NCBI GenBank assembly: GCA_028534125.1
Contig: CM052817.1
Location: forward strand, 80,788,001 to 80,852,000
Reading direction: 5' to 3'
DNA from: Lama glama
Lineage: Eukaryota
Length of the DNA: 64,000 bases
Of the stretch, positions 24,015 through 36,314 are shown one piece after another. Below the pieces are notes generated by a model. The model did no database searches and was not told the DNA's origin. It was given only the letters and a program-made list of their open reading frames with translations. Made by a program: the position numbers and the translations under genes. Positions within the stretch are counted from its first letter, which is position 1. Each line of letters starts with the position of its first letter.

Positions 24015-24260
24015 CGGCTAAACAGGAAGTCATTCAATCTTTAAAGGAAACTTGTAAAACTAGTTGCTGGTGCCAAAAGGAGTAGAAAAGCTGTGATTTT
24101 TGTTGGTTCTCTCTAGCCGAGTGGCCTTCAGGCTGAGGCGGGGTCGCGTGAGTGCAGAGCATGGCGGCAGCCTGCCGCCGTCTGTCTTGGGTAATGGCAT
24201 AATGCTCTCTCTGCAGTGAGTTTCCAGTGATAATAATTGATCTAATTAGCTGCGGTTTCT
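24015..24260. promoter_or_regulatory. Candidate regulatory element (CpG cluster; ETS, YY1-like and homeodomain motifs)
   Basis: ACAGGAAGT 24022-24030; CATGGCGGC; TAATTG 24234 and TAATTA 24243; CpG cluster in non-repeat sequence. Confidence 0.4.
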
Positions 24261-27200
24261 GCCTCTTGGGGAATTCTGCTTTTTTGGACTTCGTATAAAT
24301 CCTCTATAGGGTCACCTTTACCAAACTGGTAACTCAAGGTCAGGGTTCTTAACTACTTTTCTGCCTCCCTAATATCCCCATGAGTGATACTCCCTGGGGT
24401 GAAGGGGTGGCCCACCTGGGCTCCTTGGAGCTGACCTTAGAGTCTTGGAAGCACGTGCCTTACTTGACAAAGTTGCCTTGAGATAGTGGTGCGTTCCTTC
24501 CAAGGGTTCCTTCAACCCTTCTAATTGAGCATATTTGTTCTAAAAATCAAAGAAACTCTTCAAGATTGTGCAGCATGATCTTGGCCAATTCTGAGCATGA
24601 GAAGGTGAAATCTCTCTGACCCTTTCAAATGCACAAAGAAGGTCTGTGTGGAACCTCCATATTACTGAAGTAGGTTGTTTGTTGAAGAGTCTTTCATAGG
24701 ACTTGTCTGGTTGTGTAATGTGATATCAGCATCTCAGCCAATTATCTTGCTGGCTGTTAGGTTCGGGATGACTGTGCCCTTCTCGGTATGGCTGTAGTTT
24801 CAGATCCTCTGTCAGCGGTACTTACAAAACGTCAGTGTAGCAAGTCTTACCTCAGTTTGGATAAGCAAGATATTTTGTGACCTCTAAAAACTCATTAACA
24901 TTACTAATACTTGTTCCTTTAGGACAAAAATTCTCGACGTTATTTACTTTCACTAGCCATATAATGCCCGCAAGTCTGGATGTCCAATAGCCAATTTGCT
25001 ACTACAAACTTTTGTTGGACATCTTATTTGATTCCACATTAGGTCCAGGCATATAAAGATAACTAAGTGAAAATTTAAAATGAGGCAGAAAAATCTACAG
25101 GAAGCAGAAAGAACCAAGTAAGATAAAGTCTTTTACAGTAAAGGCAACAAATTCAAGTCCCATCACTAGACTTTGAAGGCATTATATATTTTAACACAAT
25201 AGTATCTGCACCTGGGTTCCCTAGAAAACTATAATTGTTTTAGGTATATTCTGTTTAAGAAGGCAGGGAACACAGGTATGTACATCTGGGTAACCTACCC
25301 AGGTGTATACATAAGATCTATGTACTTTTTTTGCATGTAAATTATAATTCAGTTAAAAGGAGGTATAAAAGTATATATTATATTCAGAGTCATTAGAAAA
25401 ACGGAGGCTCCTTTGGATAATCCCCCACCTATTCACCCATTTATTCAGAATATTTGTTACCCAGCGGTTCTGTGTAGCTCAGGGTTTCTGTGTTCTAATG
25501 TATAGTTTGCATTTAGCACAGCATTGAATTCCTCTTTGTTTCTCTCACTATTACCTTTGGTGAATAATTTAGCTTGTTAAGCATGATCATTAAGTACCTG
25601 CTCATTTAACTCATATTTTTTCAAACCTGCACAATATGTTCTCATCTTATATTAGTATCAGATTCTTCAGTCCCACGTGAGAGATTAAATGCTATAATTA
25701 TAAAAATAACTTCAAGTGTGTCATGCTTTGGGGATTTTCTAGAACACTAGACGAGGCCAGAGCAATTTTCACAGTGGCCACAGATTTAGAACAGATATTC
25801 TGGTGCCCTACAAGCCCTGGCAGCCCCCAGGACGCCACACTCCAGGGTTACAGATCCCAATTTTGAACATTATGAAACTTCCTCCTCAGTAACAGACAAA
25901 CTGATTCTGTGGTTAGAGAGCCTGTGCTTAGAAATAAGGCAGGCTAAAAATGTGAATTTATGCAGTTTGGAGAAAGCATAGAGATAATGTCAACTTTAAT
26001 TCCTGTTTTTTTCCAAACACAGAGAATAGGCCAAAGGTCATGAGGGGAAATTAAAGAAAAATAGAAAACAGATGTTAGGAAGCTCAGTATAAGACTGGAA
26101 ACACGAGCAGCAATGAATAGTATTAAAGAAAAAACAGACCACTGCTTAAAAAAAACAAAACAAAAAATACCCCCAGAAAGTGAAGATCTTATGAAAGTTC
26201 TATTTTCATACTGATATATTTAAAATAGTTTGAGTTTTTAATATTTTACTAAAGTGATTTGATTTCATTTTTCCCTTCCTTACATTTAGAGAGATAATTT
26301 GGGAGCAAAAGACAATCTTAAAACCCACCCATTACAAACTCTATCTGAAAAGATGATGCCTGAAAAAGCCTCATCTTAGCAACCAAAATTGCAGACATCC
26401 CTCCCCTCCCCACCCCCAGTATCAAACTTTAACCAAAAAAAGCTTTTCTTTTCTTTCAATTGACAGTGGTTGTTACTTTTCAAAAGACATTTGTTCTCAA
26501 ATTATCTTTCCATTAGGACACTTGAATAGTTTCCTTGACATTAATAAGAGCTATGTAGATACACTATGGTGAGAAATAGAGACTTAGGCAGAAATTCATT
26601 TTAGATTACAAAATACACAGAATGCCTCTAAAATGAATTGTTGACTTTTTTGTTATATAGAGAGGATATATATGTTTTGACATGTTTTGACTTTTATATA
26701 TTATCTTCAGCTAAAATAAAGGAAGATTTGTGAGATCAACAAAAATATATAAATGGGTGTATGATGTCTTAAAATCTTATGAACAAACACATCATGAACT
26801 TCTAGAGTCTGTCCTGAAACTTCTTCCTTTGTTATCTTTTAGGAAGTCAGGTAAGAGTCATAAGAATGAAAAAGAGCTATTGTAAGATGATTTCCAAGCA
26901 ATTTCCAGAATTTAAAAGCATGCAAAAAATGAAGAGAAATTATTCAAAATACATATTCCTCAGCTTATCTTTTCACCCAAAATCCCCACTGATGCTTTTC
27001 TTTTGTCTCTATGTGTTTGTTTTGTTTAGTATTAACCAATTGGCTTAAATGTTGACAAAGGGGATTTGGCATGGACCTGTAGTAGGTATGTCCTTAAGAG
27101 GATGTAATTAAGGATCGTTGCTCGATGCATTACATTAGAGATGTAATTATGAAGTCAGAAGACTCAGCGCAACAGCCAAGGCATGGATGCCGAAAGTGGA

Positions 27201-27629
27201 CTTGGAAACCTAGAAAGGAAAATGAATTCCTTCGTAGGAGGGACTTCACAGTCATCCCGGTCATGTGTGCTAAGGGCAATGACAGCAGTGGACCAAGGAA
27301 GAGACTGGGAGCCACCATGTCCAGACTCATCAGCCTCAAGCACATCACCGTCCTTTGTCCTCTCTTGCTCTCATCCTACCCTGCCAAATGCAATCCATAG
27401 TGTATCATTTTTATGTGCATTCTCATTTTCTTATGAGTAGACACATTAACGTGATGGGTTTAACCATAGTTCATCTTATTTATGAGCCTCTGGTTAAATG
27501 TTAATAGCCTGTAGTCAAATATCAAACACAAGAATTTAGAGCTAAAAATCTTGCAAGCCCTACCTACTAACTATCCAACAGGATCATGATCCAGACCGCC
27601 CTGTTTCTTTAGCTGTTTTAATTTTATCA

Positions 27630-27872
27630 ACAGCAAACCACTTACCATGCTTATTAAATGCTAGGCACTGTCTGAAGTGCTTTTGATATGTTAATTCATT
27701 TAATTCTAAAGACAACCACATGAGACAGCTATTATTATTATCATCTCCATGTTAAATCTGAGAAATTTTAGGCACAGAGAAGTTAAGTACTTTGCCCAAG
27801 GTCCCACAGCTAGTGAGTGGCAGAATGGGGTATGACTCTGGAATCTATGCTCTTAACCACCGTACCACTGCC
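27630..27872 (-). mobile_element. MIR SINE, near full length
   Basis: GCTAGGCACTGT, AGGCACAGAGAAGTTAAGTACTTTGCCCAAGGTCCCACAGCTAGTGAGTGGCAGA, TGCTCTTAACCAC. Confidence 0.92.
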
Positions 27873-29479
27873 TGAGGCTTTTCACAGTTGCCAGATAAAA
27901 CATTTTATGATCATCTTTTATTATTGGAAGGGGTCAAAATTATTGGATTGGAAGTGTGCTTGAGTTGTTCATGTTGTACAGATAGTGATGGGGAGTTTTC
28001 ACCCAACTGCAAGTCTGTTTCATGTGTTGACTATACTGCTTGCCCCAGGCCACACATCACTAGACATACTACCTAATATTACCCTGTAAATTCATCATTG
28101 TTCTGTCTGTAGTGTGAGTAACTCATAGCCTCAACATTAGCAAGATAAACTGATTCTTAATAAAACAAGACAAGATTAAGTTTGAAGACTAATTAAAAAG
28201 AAGGAAGATGATCTCATATCTATTAAATTTCTAGTTTGGTCTGTTTGGAAAACGTCCAAAATGTTAATATACGTGTTTCACTGAAGAGTAATGAAAATTC
28301 AGGACTAGTGGGACATTCGGTGAGAGTGAAAAGAAAGGAGACACAAAATATGAAATCAAGAAGACTTTACAGAAAAATTCCTTTTGCCTCACATTATACA
28401 GAGCCTTCATACATAGGAAAAGGTTAACCTGAGATCCATCTTGCCCTGCATATCAGTAATCTTTATTATTAAGACACAACAACTTTATTTCATAATCATT
28501 TTCTTCCGGCCAACCAGCTGTGGTTACTCAAGGCAGATTAACTAGAACCTGATGGATTTCAGCCCCTGTTCAGCAATGCCAGCCAAATACTGTAATTACA
28601 CAGGATGCAGGCTGAGATAATGTCGACCTTGTACTTAGAGATAGACCCAGATAAGTGAACTGTCAGATTTGCAGGCCAGGCTTTTCAATCACTGGTGCTG
28701 TATCTGTGAAGAGAAAGGGACGGGAAAGGAAAAAGAAAAAAACCAAAAAACAAAACCCATCATCATTTTATCTGTCCGGAAAGAAGGTATCTAATAAAGA
28801 CTAAGCCTTCAAGAGATAGGAGTAGGTTCACAGGTTTAGAACTTAGAGAGCAGGGTGGAGGATGTGCTTCCCTGAGGTGCACGGAATCTGTGTCCTTTTG
28901 AGCCCACATGTTCTGCGGATCAGGCGTGAGAGAAAGCCTTTCTATTTGGCAGTTTGCACAGCACACTGCTGATGTTATGAAATTTACATTAGGTTGAAAA
29001 AACAGTCCTTGTCATACTTTATCCTTTTGGAGGAAATGGATTTCCTTAATAAGAGCACTGCTTTATTTCCCTCATGAATTCTGATAGGGAACACATTCCT
29101 GAATGGCGTTCTACCAAAGAGAGGGGCTGCGAGGGAATGGCTTATTATTCTAAAAATTTTAATGGCCCAGAAGCAAAATATCTTTGGTCCTTATATTCCA
29201 GACATAAATGCTTAAATTCAAATAACAAGTGCCAAGGCCTCTGAGATATAACTGTTGGAAATCAACCAAAGATGAGGGATCCAGCGGGTATTTGTTAATG
29301 GTTAATGACTAATACCCTAAATCGTTTGGTTATTATTAACTAGTACAAAATGGCTCACATCTAGGTCCTTGTAACCATATTAAACTATGCAGAAGTTCCC
29401 TTACTTTAATAAACTTTAAGTTAAATGTGAAAATATTTCACAAATATCAAGCATTGTTTCCTTTTAGTTTAGTGCTCCC

Positions 29480-29860
29480 TGGAGCTCTGCACATTGAGAT
29501 GTTTGAGCCTTTGCTGATGGATATTCTTTTCCAAGGGGTGTCTCTGTGCCCGTCCACTTTCTCCTGGTGAACTCTGCCTCACTTTTCAAAGCTTGTATCA
29601 GGACTCCCCCACATCTTTGCCATTTTCATTACCATATTCCTTTTTCTTTCTTCCAGTAATTAATTTCTCCTTCATAGTGTAATATCCCTGCATCAGTTAC
29701 CATGTGTATCACACTATTATTATTATTGTTATTATTATTATTTAATAGGCCATTTCTCCAGCTAGAAGTCTTTAAGGACAAAGAGGCTTATCTGTCTTTG
29801 ACCTCTAGCACAAAAGCACCAGGAGCACGGTAGGCATTTAATAAATGTTTGTTGACTGGG
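29480..29860 (+). mobile_element. L2 3' fragment containing an (ATT)n tract at about 29716-29743
   Basis: Ends GCACGGTAGGCATTTAATAAATGTTTGTTGA (L2 terminus). Confidence 0.7.
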
Positions 29861-30179
29861 TGCATGCGCAAACGGTAAAACAATTCATTCTAAGGAAAGA
29901 GGTTAGTCTCTAGCATAGCTGCTGATTTTTTATTCTTTCAAAATATCGAAGAAGCAAGACAACGTTTTCTGATATGCAAAGCCAATCATAGACTAAGAGG
30001 CACCTGAAAGATGGCCTCGCTCTTGAGTATATTACAGCTCTTTTTCGCTGTTTTTCAATCCCTCTTCATAGAGAGGAGGAAAATTCCTCTCAGCAATCCG
30101 AAGAATTTGTAGAAGAAGCACTTCTATCTTGTCTCCCACCCTTTCATCACTCCCTCCACTGACTGTGGAAAATGGGAGG

Positions 30180-30400
30180 AAACACATCAGTGTTAGCTTA
30201 CTGTTTTCTGGGTCCTCATGATATTTCTCCTGCTCTGCTTTTCACACTCCGGCAGCACAGCAAGGGAAGTCTGCGTCTTGTTCTTTGGGAGGGTGAGTAT
30301 TTTTAATGCAGGGGTATTTATTAGGCCTGCAGAAGAATGCGGCCTGCTGGTAACAAAGCTGTTCTTCTTTATTGGTAACAAAGGTGCTATTGGACCTCCA
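30180..30400. promoter_or_regulatory. Candidate enhancer with duplicated SOX-type motif
   Basis: TGGTAACAAAG at 30348-30358 and 30373-30383; TTTATT motifs; unique sequence. Confidence 0.3.
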
Positions 30401-31014
30401 TTTGTCTGACTCCTGTGTCCATGTTTCCTAAGTATCCAAACTCAGATAGATAGTTATTGCTTTCCCCCCCCCAAGTCACCCCACTACAATGTCTCTAGTT
30501 TTGCATGACCGGAATACTGGGGAATTATGAAATTTCAGTGAACTCTTATTATAAATACACTGAACTTAATTGATATTTAATATTTTAAAACACAGAATTA
30601 AGACAGAGATAGCAAATAATCTTAGTTCCTAAAAAATTATTTCAGAATCATTCAAAACACGTCTCTTTTCACAGGATGACATTAGACTTATAGAGATCTT
30701 AACTCTCATCTACTGCAAGTATTGACGACAGCCCACCTTCTGGCTGATTAGGCCACTTGGTTTCAGTTTGAATCTAGTAATGGGAAACCCACTAACTCTT
30801 GGGACTTCCTGTTTGGTTGTTGAGTAACTCCAGGAATTAGTACTTTATTTTATTAAACAAGAATTCAATTCTTTGTGAATTTTTCAAGTTCTTCTCTCTG
30901 GTAGAATAAAAGCAAATTTATTTCTATTTTTTCTGTGATAACCCTTTAGATTTTTAATGTATTTCTGTGGAATCAAGGACCATATGTCTTTTATCTTTAT
31001 ACCCCCTTCTCTGC

Positions 31015-32270
31015 TTAATATTAACAAAACAAACATCTTTTGAGCACCAGGCACCATGCTGGGTGTTGGTCATAGAAAAATGAATAAGACATGGTTTCTT
31101 TCCTCATAAAGCAAACATGTACATGTAAAGAAGTGCTTCCAAACCATTGTGTAAATTGCTGCAGTGAAAACATGTACAAAACGCAAAGGAACTTAAGAAA
31201 GGGGATATGTAATCCCGCATAGAAGAAGCTGTGACATAGTCACGGGAGAAAGGATATGTGCATGAGTCTTAAAAGAGAAATTTTCCAAGTAGAAAAAGAA
31301 GGGAAGTATTTTCCAGTCAGTGATATCAGCATGTGCAAAGGCACAGAGGAAAGAAAGACTGTGGCTCATGCAGTGAACATAAGTGTTCAAGGAGGCTAAA
31401 GCATGGATGAGTATGTGGAGAGTGGTAGATGAATCCAGAAATGAAGGTGCTCAAAGTATGAGTGGCATCCTGTACCAGCAAGGTATGGATGTTGACCTAC
31501 AGGTGAAGGAAAGCCATTGTAAGATTTTGACTAGAGAAGTGGCTATGTGAGATATTTTAGAAGAACCACATAAGCTTTTTTACAATGGAAATGGGACAAA
31601 ATTAAAAGCAGGAGGGCTATTTAGAAGGGTTTATTTGTTTCCTCTTTTAATTTTGCAATGGTCCAGTTGACTGCTGAATAAGAGTCAGTGAAAATAGAGA
31701 AAAGAGGAAATGATAGATTTGGATATTTAGCCTGTAAAATATATAGGATTTTGTAGCACAGGATGAAGATGGGGTGAGGGAGGGAGGAGATTTAGAAAGT
31801 AAGTTAAACTATAAACAGATTTGGTTCCTCTGGGGTGTTCAAATGAAAAAAAAATCCAGAATATAGCAGACATTATAGCAATGAATCTTGAGAGTGTGTG
31901 CTGAGGCTGATAGTATCAAGAATTGGAATTCTTCAACAGATGAGTAGTGCTCGAACCATGGGAAAGTGCAGTGCAAGACAATGCTATGATCAAGACCCTG
32001 GGGAACATTAACACTTCAGGGACTTCCAGCAAAGCAGACTTAGAAGGATTGCTCAGAGAGGGACGAGGTAAACCAAGAGAAAATAGTTATACAGGAGCTA
32101 AGAGAGAGGAGAGTTTTCTGGAAATAGGGATAATTCATCATTGTCAGAGGCCAAAGAAAGGTCATGTTAAACAAGGACTGGTAAACTTCTGGTGGATTTC
32201 TTGATTAAGCTATTATTGATGACCCTTACTCCAGAGTGATTTGAGCATGTTGAGATGGTAAAAAAGCAGA
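31015..32270 (-). mobile_element. L2, long fragment
   Basis: TTGAGCACCAGGCACCATGCTGGGTGTTGG, ATGAATAAGACATGG, CAGCATGTGCAAAGGCACAGAGG, AAGCCATTGTAAGATTTTGA. Confidence 0.85.
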
Positions 32271-33599
32271 TGCTGTTTTCCAGATAGGAGCTAGGAATTG
32301 TGTAAATAGATATATAAAAAAATGTAAATATTTGAGCTTCTTAAAGCCCTCTGTTTGTTCATTTGGTTTATTATTTTGCCTTATCACCTTTAAACAAAAA
32401 GTTAGGCTCAACAGATTTTAATACCAGACTTCATATTAAGATGGGAATATTTAAATCATATACGTACAGTAGGATCTACTTTGTGGATCTGTTTTCAACA
32501 TCTTCTTTTATTGATTCTATGCAACTAGCTGAGATTTGCCACTGTCCCCCTCAAAACAGAGTCAGTGTGGCCCGCCTTGCTCACTTCACATGGGAGGAAG
32601 TGTGAAGACCATGATCAGCTTCCATCCTGCCCTATGGTTTGCTGGAACAGCCATCACTAGCCTCCCCCTGAAAGGTCTCAAAAGGAGTCCCAAAATATCT
32701 TTCCTGACATAAAAATTGTAACATGAAGTATTAGAGTGAAAGTTTCCAGTTGCCTGTAAAATTCTTTATGGAAAAATACTGGTAGAAATTATAGGGAAAA
32801 AATATGATGCTATCTAAGAAGTTTAAAATCTCAGTCTAGTAAACAAATGCTACTTTAAAAGCAAGAAATCAAAAAGAATTTAAAAAATTAAGGAATATCT
32901 ACTCTCTACTTTTTCAAATTATTTGAGTGGAAGATACTGTCCATGGCTTGATAATGGTAATAGAATTTCTGTGAATTAACTACATTTGAAATAAATACTG
33001 ATATTTGTTCAAATGGCTAAGTAATGCTCAATTTTACATGCTTATTTGGGGCTTTGTCAGTTGGGGAAAGAAAGAACAAGTTAAATTGCCAGGAAATTAA
33101 GTTGGGTTAAAAGTACCATAATTTAATTATCTAATCATTGTGCAGACTGATAGTCAAGAAAATGGTGTGCCATGTAAGATGTTTTGCCGGCTATTCTACA
33201 ACTCAATTACAGCCATCTTTAAGGACTAAGAGAGATTGGCCAGAGTTATATTTAATTTCACTGCAACTTTGACTTGTACTTATTTTCAGCCCGGTTTGGT
33301 AGGAATTGGCTGGAGCTATTTCAATGCAAGTGATCCTTATTTTTCTTTTTTGACCCTGTGATCTCTTCTTGAAAATAAATCTTTTCAATGACAGGCTTAT
33401 TTAGAGTTGGTCTCAAATATTTTCCCCATTGCCTTGCTCGTCAGTTGGAAACCTGCCTGAATGACCCTGGGGAATAAAAAGATTCTGACTCTATGACAAG
33501 ATCACTCCTTTTTGGGAAATGTATTCTGGTAACCATAGTTTTGATTCCCTATTAAGCAGTTGATTTTGCCATTAAGTTATTTATCTCTTATGAGTAAAT

Positions 33600-34098
33600 A
33601 CTATTTTATTTTATAGAAAATCCCCAAAGTAGGGTTTCAATAGGACAGCTGTATATTTCTGAATTATGGAAATGAAATTTGGGGGTAAGCACTTGAGGTA
33701 AGCAGTATGGCACTGTGTAGCATCAGACACCAAGACTCCTCTGGTCTTGCTGTTCCTTCACCCTCAGCATTCTACTTCATGCTTCTACCTCATGTCTCAA
33801 GAGAGCTATTTTTGTTGCTGCCATCTTGTCAGCATTCCAGCCAGCAAGAAGTAGGAAAGGCTGAAGAAAGGCAGGCCCTTTCCTGCTAAGGATGTTTCCA
33901 GGAAACTACACATGGTGTTTTCACATTTACATTCTATTGGGTGAAACTTAACCACAGAACCACATCTAGCTGCAATGGAGTCTGGGAAATGTAGTCTTTA
34001 TTCGAGGTGACCACATACCCAGCAAACCCTGAGGGTTATATAACTAAGGGGAAAAGGGGAGACTGAATCCTGCAGAACAGCCGGTAGTCTCTGCCAAC
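33600..34098 (-). mobile_element. MaLR LTR (MLT1J-like)
   Basis: GCATTCCAGCCAGCAAGAAG, CCACATCTAGCTGCAATGGAGTCTGGGAAATGTAGTCTTTATT, end GTAGTCTCTGCCA. Confidence 0.8.
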
Positions 34099-34229
34099 TT
34101 TCTTCTTCATGCTCAGCTTGTCACATGATCCCCTCCATTAAACCTCCGTTTATGATTCTCTGACTTCACCAAGGATTTTTGGCTATTAGCCATCCCTTTC
34201 CTTCAGTTGTTAGAAAGATGACTGTTATG

Positions 34230-34360
34230 TTCTTGTCTTTATATATTTATATTTCTGTTCCTGATGTTTTTCTCATCTACTTAAGGACAAGGGTCTCATG
34301 TATCCCCAACCCAGTGCACGATTACACATCCTACCGGAATTCAATAAAATCATGACTGAA
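34230..34360 (+). mobile_element. L2 3' terminal fragment
   Basis: AAGGACAAGGGTCTCATGTATCCCCAAC...TCAATAAAA...GACTGAA. Confidence 0.4.
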
Positions 34361-35040
34361 AGTAAGATGTACAGAAATTGGAGATAAAAATAAATTTAGG
34401 TGAAATTATTCTTGCCAGAATAAGGTGGATTTAGAAGTGTCATAAAATCTATCATGCCTTCCTGGGAAGCTGTTCTGCTCCACTGAACAAGTCTGCTGTG
34501 TGATGGCCTGTGGAGCTCTCTTCTGTCAGAGGCACTGAGGTTTCCCACTCATCAGTGAGATCAGAACAGGTCCTTTGCAGCCTGGAAGGTGAGACCTAAG
34601 GGACAATGCCCTTGGATATAAAAACCGGGAGAGTGCTGGGAAATATCTGTTCACCACAGCAGCTCTGGAACACTGCCTTTGTGACTGAATTCATTCTTTC
34701 AACGTACTGGGGAGAGATGTGAGAATGAGAATGAATGTGAATGAGTTGGTAAATCTGGCTTGTACATTTAATAGACAGATAAATGGAGGAAGCCTGCACC
34801 TAAAGATAATGACATTGCTAAACAGAAATCACTTTTCTGGTCTCGCCATTCTCTACTGTTAAGCTCTTAATATTTATAAAGAGCTCAAAACTCCTGAAAA
34901 CCTACACTTTAAAACATTTCTTTGTACATATATTTTTAGAAATATTTATTGACTGATATTTCCTATATCAAGCTATGATTGTTTTATGTACAAGTTAAAA
35001 GCCCATGTTTGTGGTAAACATTTCAATAATGGCCATTAAT

Positions 35041-35222
35041 TAGTGCTGCAGGATAAAATACAGGATGCCCATCTTAAATTTGAAATCAGATAAAAAATGA
35101 GTTTTTTTAGTATATGTATGTCCTATGCAATATTTGGGACCTAATTATGCTAAAACATTATTTTTCTGAAATTCAGATTTAACTGGGTTTCCTGAATTTT
35201 GGTTTGCTAAATCTGGCAGCTC
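35041..35222. mobile_element. MER53 palindromic MITE-like DNA transposon
   Basis: AAAATACAGGATGCCCA...AAATTTGAAATCAGA and its inverse TCTGAAATTCAGATTTAACTGGG...TGCTAAATCTGGCA; centre GTCCTATGCAATATTTGGGAC. Confidence 0.88.
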
Positions 35223-35239
35223 TCCCCTTAATGACTCAG

Positions 35240-35395
35240 GTCTCTCTCTGTCCCTGCCACTCTTTCACATGGCATTGTTGGTCCTCTTTCAAAGGTGGAG
35301 ACTATTTCTCCACTCTGTTGAACAGAAGTCAGCTTTGTGACTTGCTTTGATTAACAAAATGCGGCAGAAGAGACATTGTGCAAATTGTGGCAGCG
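35240..35395 (+). mobile_element. MaLR LTR 5' fragment (MLT1-like)
   Basis: AAAGGTGGAGACTATTTCTCCACTC...TTGTGACTTGCTTTGATTAACAAAATGCGGCAGAAG. Confidence 0.7.
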
Positions 35396-35399
35396 AGGT

Positions 35400-35472
35400 C
35401 TAGGCTTCTTCCGTGGGAATAAGCAACTGTCGCAGGACCATTTATTGAATGCACAGCCTTTTCTCACCCATT

Positions 35473-35512
<40 letters not shown>

Positions 35513-35800
35513 TCTTTTCTTATTGAGTTATAGTCATTTTACAATGTTGTGTCAAATTCCTGTGTAGAGCACAATTTTTCAGTTATATATGAACATACAT
35601 ATATTCATTGTCACATTTTTTTTGCTGTGGGTTTTCTCACCCATTTTAAATTACTTCTCTGTCAAAAATCAAGTGTTTTATAAATGCCCTGGTCTGTTTC
35701 TGGATTTTGAGTTAAATTCCATCATTTCGGCAATACTATATTGTCTTCAATGCTACAGATTTATCATAAGACTCAATATCTAATAGAGCCAATGCCTCCT
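35400..35800 (-). mobile_element. Old L1M ORF2 fragment interrupted by a younger L1 insertion
   Basis: CAACTGTCGCAGGACCATTTATTGAAT and TCTGTCAAAAATCAAG...GGTCTGTTTCTGGA are antisense L1 ORF2 motifs. Confidence 0.7.
35475..35631 (-). mobile_element. Recent 5'-truncated camelid-type L1 (157 bp) with 16-bp TSD and (TTTA)n tail
   Basis: TTTTCTCACCCATTTT at 35459-35474 and 35632-35647; site reads TT/AAAA on the minus strand (L1 endonuclease consensus). Confidence 0.93.
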
Positions 35801-36314
35801 CGAGTCCCAGACAAGAGGGGCTCTGCTCAGAGTCCCATGCTTTAAAAGACTTACTTATCACAAACTCAAACACAAATGAATTTTATTTTGTTTCATCTTG
35901 ATGTCTGTAAAATTGTTTTTGAAGGTTGACTAATCACTTGAGCAAAAGAGAATTATGGGAGGGATTCATGAACCAAAACAAGCCCCCAAGGAAGATAAGG
36001 GCCAAAAGCTACGTGTGGGAAGGAAAAACTATGCTTTGCTCTGAAAACCACAGAACAAGTGTCTCTTTTTGTTTAAAGTTGAGTGCTCCAAATCACTCAA
36101 AATGTGTCCAAGTGGACTGGGTTCCCCAGTTATCCATAGTATTTCTTCCCTTTTGCTTGGGAAGTAGTTACGAGAAGCATTAAGAACTGCCTGGAGAGGT
36201 TCAAGTGGGACTTGAGAAAGGAACCTGTCCACTTCGTGGTACAGAGCAGAAACTCTGTGGTCAGTTCCCCAAAGTTTGACCTCTAGAATCTTGTTCTAAA
36301 AAGTGCCTATAATT

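Noticed and set aside
27311..27400. GCCACCATG Kozak-like start followed by a 27-aa ORF
   Set aside because: Single short motif with T at +4, no promoter or splice context and no homology; compatible with chance
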